A stretch of DNA of 21,372 nt, taken from positions 451,447 to 472,818 of the forward strand of contig NW_003314289.1 of assembly GCF_000143415.4 (NCBI RefSeq), given 5' to 3'. A program made the position numbers and the translations under genes. This document shows positions 18,514 through 21,372 of the stretch, in pieces. How positions within the stretch are numbered: the first letter of the stretch is position 1; the number at the start of each line of letters is the position of its first letter. The notes below the pieces were generated by a model. It was not told where the DNA came from, made no database searches, and saw only the letters and a list, made by a program, of their open reading frames with translations. Origin of the DNA: Selaginella moellendorffii. Taxonomy: Eukaryota > Plantae > Lycopodiophyta.

Positions 18514-20242
18514 TTAGTGTACGTCTGTATCATCGTTAGCCAGCACAATCTCATTGGGATCAGCCACCGTACAGCCTTTCTCGTGTTCTTCTTCATCTTC
18601 GAGACGGATTTCGTTGAAATCCACGACGGGACCCGCTGCAGAGCAGGTGTGTAAATGCAGGGCTGGAAAGGAAAACGAGATTATTTACCTTGAGCTCGTC
18701 CGGGTGTCGCGTCAAGCAAATACGGCAACTGCAGGAGGTCCAGAAAGTATTCCGTTTGAGGATTTTGGGCATGCCCTGTGGAAAGAACGCCTTTATGTAA
18801 GCGAAGTTGGAACCCAATACGCAAGCATAAAAACGTACACATACCAGTAGGACCGGTTAGTTTTCTGTGAGGATCATATATAGGAGCCGTCTGTTGAAAC
18901 GAAGAAGGAATCAAACTCTTTGTGAGCGAGAGGTTTTCGACCCAGTCCCGATGGATTTTGATGTCTGAACACGCCCTGCCGACATATGGTGTCAAAGATG
19001 CACATTAAAAGGGACAAACTTACCGAGTCCTCACAACCCTCTCCAAAGGAAAACACGAGTGATAAGCTCGTGTTATTCCCAGCCATTCTTTGTCATAGGT
19101 GACCTCCAATGTTCCGTCGGCCGTGGGAAAATCAAAAACCTTCACAAGAAGATCGACAGTCAGTTTCAATGCTCGAGTTTAACACCAGAGAAACCTGCAG
19201 AAACGGGCGACCCGGTAGGCATTTGTCCAACGCTAAGAACTTCGTAGTCTTCTCGTCACCATGCTTTACAATAGCAGCAAACTTGGCATGAAGATGCGCC
19301 GAAAACCAATACGACGGTTTCAGATTCAGAAGCACATTTCTGGCAGGCACACTTCCCAAGACATTATCTGCAATCTAAACCGCGAACTCAACACAAAGAA
19401 AACAAGGATACCGGCAAGCTGACCTCTTGTTGAAGGAAGGGCTTGTAACGCAAAAGCCCCTGCAAGTCTCCACATTGTGCGATACCTTGAGGCCAGTCGT
19501 GCGACATGAAAATGTCGATTGGTTCTTTGATTTGGAGAAGCTTGTGCACATCGTATTCACGGACGTGGAAAACAGAACGTAGCTCATTAAGATTATAAGG
19601 AGGCCGCTCAAAATGCCCTGTTACAAAAATTATTATCAGAGACTCCAGAACAAGAGTGAATTACCTCGATGGTAGTCATGCTGCTTATAAATTCCTGACA
19701 AGCCACCGATTCTAAGCCCGCCAAACCAGATCACTCCGGCAGCTCCCAGATAATAGATGTTCGGAGCCACCCATCCTCCGTAGTATCTATAAGTTCCAAC
19801 GTTAAAAGAAAGAGCTAGAAATAAAAAACATAGCTTTTTTCTAGCATGACCACTTACAATTCCCACAAGTAGTTCGAGGCTTCGTGATTTCCTCCAATAA
19901 AAACAGTCGTGCACGGAGCAGTCTCTATTCCAGCGTAATATTTCCAAAAGCTGTTCATAGAGCGATACTTTGGAGGGCAAGCGAGCGACTGAAGATCAAG
20001 CTCATTCCTTACGGCCTGCGAAAATTAATCTTTCCTCTTGAGAAAATTTTCGACAGAATATCGACAAGCGAACCTGGAAATCACCACAACACAGCAGCAG
20101 ATCGATTTTCAAACCCTCGCTGGCCTCCACATGCCTCACAGTGGCGAAAATCTTGTCGAGCTCGCCGTGAGCGCAGCCAACGACGGCGACCTGCAAGAAA
20201 CACAGCTGAGACAATGCGAGGAAACGCGCCACTCACGCGCAT
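18514..20242 (-). CDS. DBR1: RNA lariat debranching enzyme; 10 exons (20242-20237, 20190-20074, 20015-19858, 19786-19665, 19617-19424, 19374-19195, 19139-19024, 18975-18845, 18790-18689, 18635-18514); 415 aa
   Basis: MR|[20 protein letters not shown]|[19 protein letters not shown]|[35 protein letters not shown] and [15 protein letters not shown]. Exons sum to 1248 nt in frame. Confidence 0.96.
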
Positions 20243-20634
20243 TGTCCGCTTGCTCTCATCCCGGAGCGCCATTCCCTTCCCTCCAGAAAATCGAAGAACC
20301 CTAAAAACAAAAACCCCAAGCCACGGCAGCTGCCACGTCGCAAAACATAGTAAATGCACTGCCCGTGACACGTCACCAGCCACGTCATAAAAAGATGTCG
20401 TGACAAACCCTACCTAAAAACTCTACACTTGGGGGCGAAGAACATAACAAGGTGAGAGCTTTCTTCTTCAATGCGATGTCCCAAAAAATCTCCTCGATCG
20501 AATTCCACTCCAATTCTAGCTCAATTTTCTCACTCTCGCTCCCTGCGAACATCCCGCGATCAGTGAAAGAGCAAAAACAAATCCAGAGCTCACTCACCAC
20601 TTGAATCTTTGCAGAGAAAAAAAGAGATCTTTCG
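20243..20634. promoter_or_regulatory. Short divergent intergenic region / probable bidirectional promoter (DBR1 and MAPR)
   Basis: 392 bp between head-to-head start codons, with three CACGTC boxes (20332-20387) and telo-box-like AACCCTA motifs (about 20297 and 20406). Confidence 0.55.
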
Positions 20635-20961
20635 ATGGCTTACGCGAGAGTCGGGAACATCACTGCCGGAGAGCTCAAAAAATTCGATGGAAGCGACCCA
20701 ACGCTGCCCGTGTGCGTTGCAATCCGGGGAAAAGTCTACAATGTCTCGAGCGCCACGAACTTCTACGGGCCGGGAGGACCATACGCCGTGTTCGCCGGAA
20801 AGGATGCTAGCCGAGGACTCGCAAAGATGAGCACCAAGCCGGACGAGGTGAGCGGCCCTCTCGATGATTTGAGCGAGAAGGAGATGACAACCTTGCTCGA
20901 CTGGGAGAAGAAGTTCTCCGATAAGTATCCCGTCGTTGGCGGCATTGTCTCGTCCGGATAG
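20635..20961 (+). CDS. Cytochrome b5-like heme/steroid-binding protein, MAPR family (soluble, MAPR2/steroid-binding protein 3-like); 108 aa, intronless
   Basis: ITAGELKKFDGSD..PVCVAIRGKVYNVS...FYGPGGPYAVFAGKDASRGLAKMS...LLDWEKKF..KYPVVG; no N-terminal transmembrane helix. Confidence 0.93.
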   Translation: MAYARVGNITAGELKKFDGSDPTLPVCVAIRGKVYNVSSATNFYGPGGPYAVFAGKDASRGLAKMSTKPDEVSGPLDDLSEKEMTTLLDWEKKFSDKYPVVGGIVSSG

Positions 20962-21372
20962 GCAACGCTTCCAGCGCTGGACGAAGAAGAAGAAGAAGAA
21001 GCATCAGTCCAAGTTGCACAGGTAGAAATACGAGAGCTTTCGTTTCTTACTTTCTTTCTTTGTTGTCTCGTTGTTTGTTTTTTGCCCCCTTGTGTATAAA
21101 GTCTGTGTTCTAAGTAGTACTAATTGGGAGGACCTGAGAGCTCGGAAGCTATGTTTCGCAGCGCTAGAACTGCCTGCACCGGCATTCAAGTGGAAAACGC
21201 TGAGTCAAAAGCTACAAATAATTAAAACAATGGATAAGGCGTGCACCTCTTTTATTGCGCTCGAAACACCTCCTCACAAAACTGTCCGTGTCGTTCTTCG
21301 AAGCCTGGAATCTGGTTTAGAAAATGGGCATGCGAAGTAGCACTGGTGGCAAAAGTGAGATATATTTGTATG

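Noticed and set aside
18514-20242. Functional link between DBR1 (a Ty1 host factor in yeast) and the nearby retrotransposon
   Set aside because: They are 13 kb apart with unrelated genes between. Proximity in a compact, TE-containing genome is expected by chance.
14376-20961. CER3 plus cytochrome b5-like gene as a wax biosynthetic cluster
   Set aside because: The b5-like gene is MAPR-type (no HPGG motif, no membrane anchor), not the CYTB5 partner of CER1/CER3, and DBR1 lies between them.
21004-21372. Short ORFs at the right edge
   Set aside because: Non-ATG or low-complexity frames with no recognisable motif; probably the MAPR 3' UTR and intergenic DNA.

Overview
Eukaryotic, intron-containing land-plant DNA. 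The very short introns (46-86 bp), tight gene packing and fungal-type chromovirus suggest a lycophyte such as Selaginella (inference). From left to right: (1) an apparently intact Ty3/Gypsy chromovirus (1-5451; 5' LTR cut by the window edge) with gag and pol in a -1 arrangement, a GGGAAAC slippery site followed by a predicted H-type pseudoknot, and a PBS that pairs with its own LTR instead of a recognisable tRNA (Tf1-type self-priming); (2) about 3 kb of AT-rich, unassignable DNA; (3) OHP2; (4) an uncharacterised plant gene; (5) a ~1.27 kb non-autonomous TIR element sitting exactly between two copies of a ~1 kb direct duplication, whose breakpoints fall in the last exons of two convergent genes and leave both genes intact; (6) CER3/WAX2 (11 exons, minus strand); (7) a possible small spliced gene; (8) DBR1 (10 exons, minus strand); (9) a small cytochrome b5-like MAPR/steroid-binding protein gene, divergent from DBR1. 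Exon models were built by hand from GT-AG sites and reading-frame continuity. Family assignments come from recalled motifs, not from database searches.
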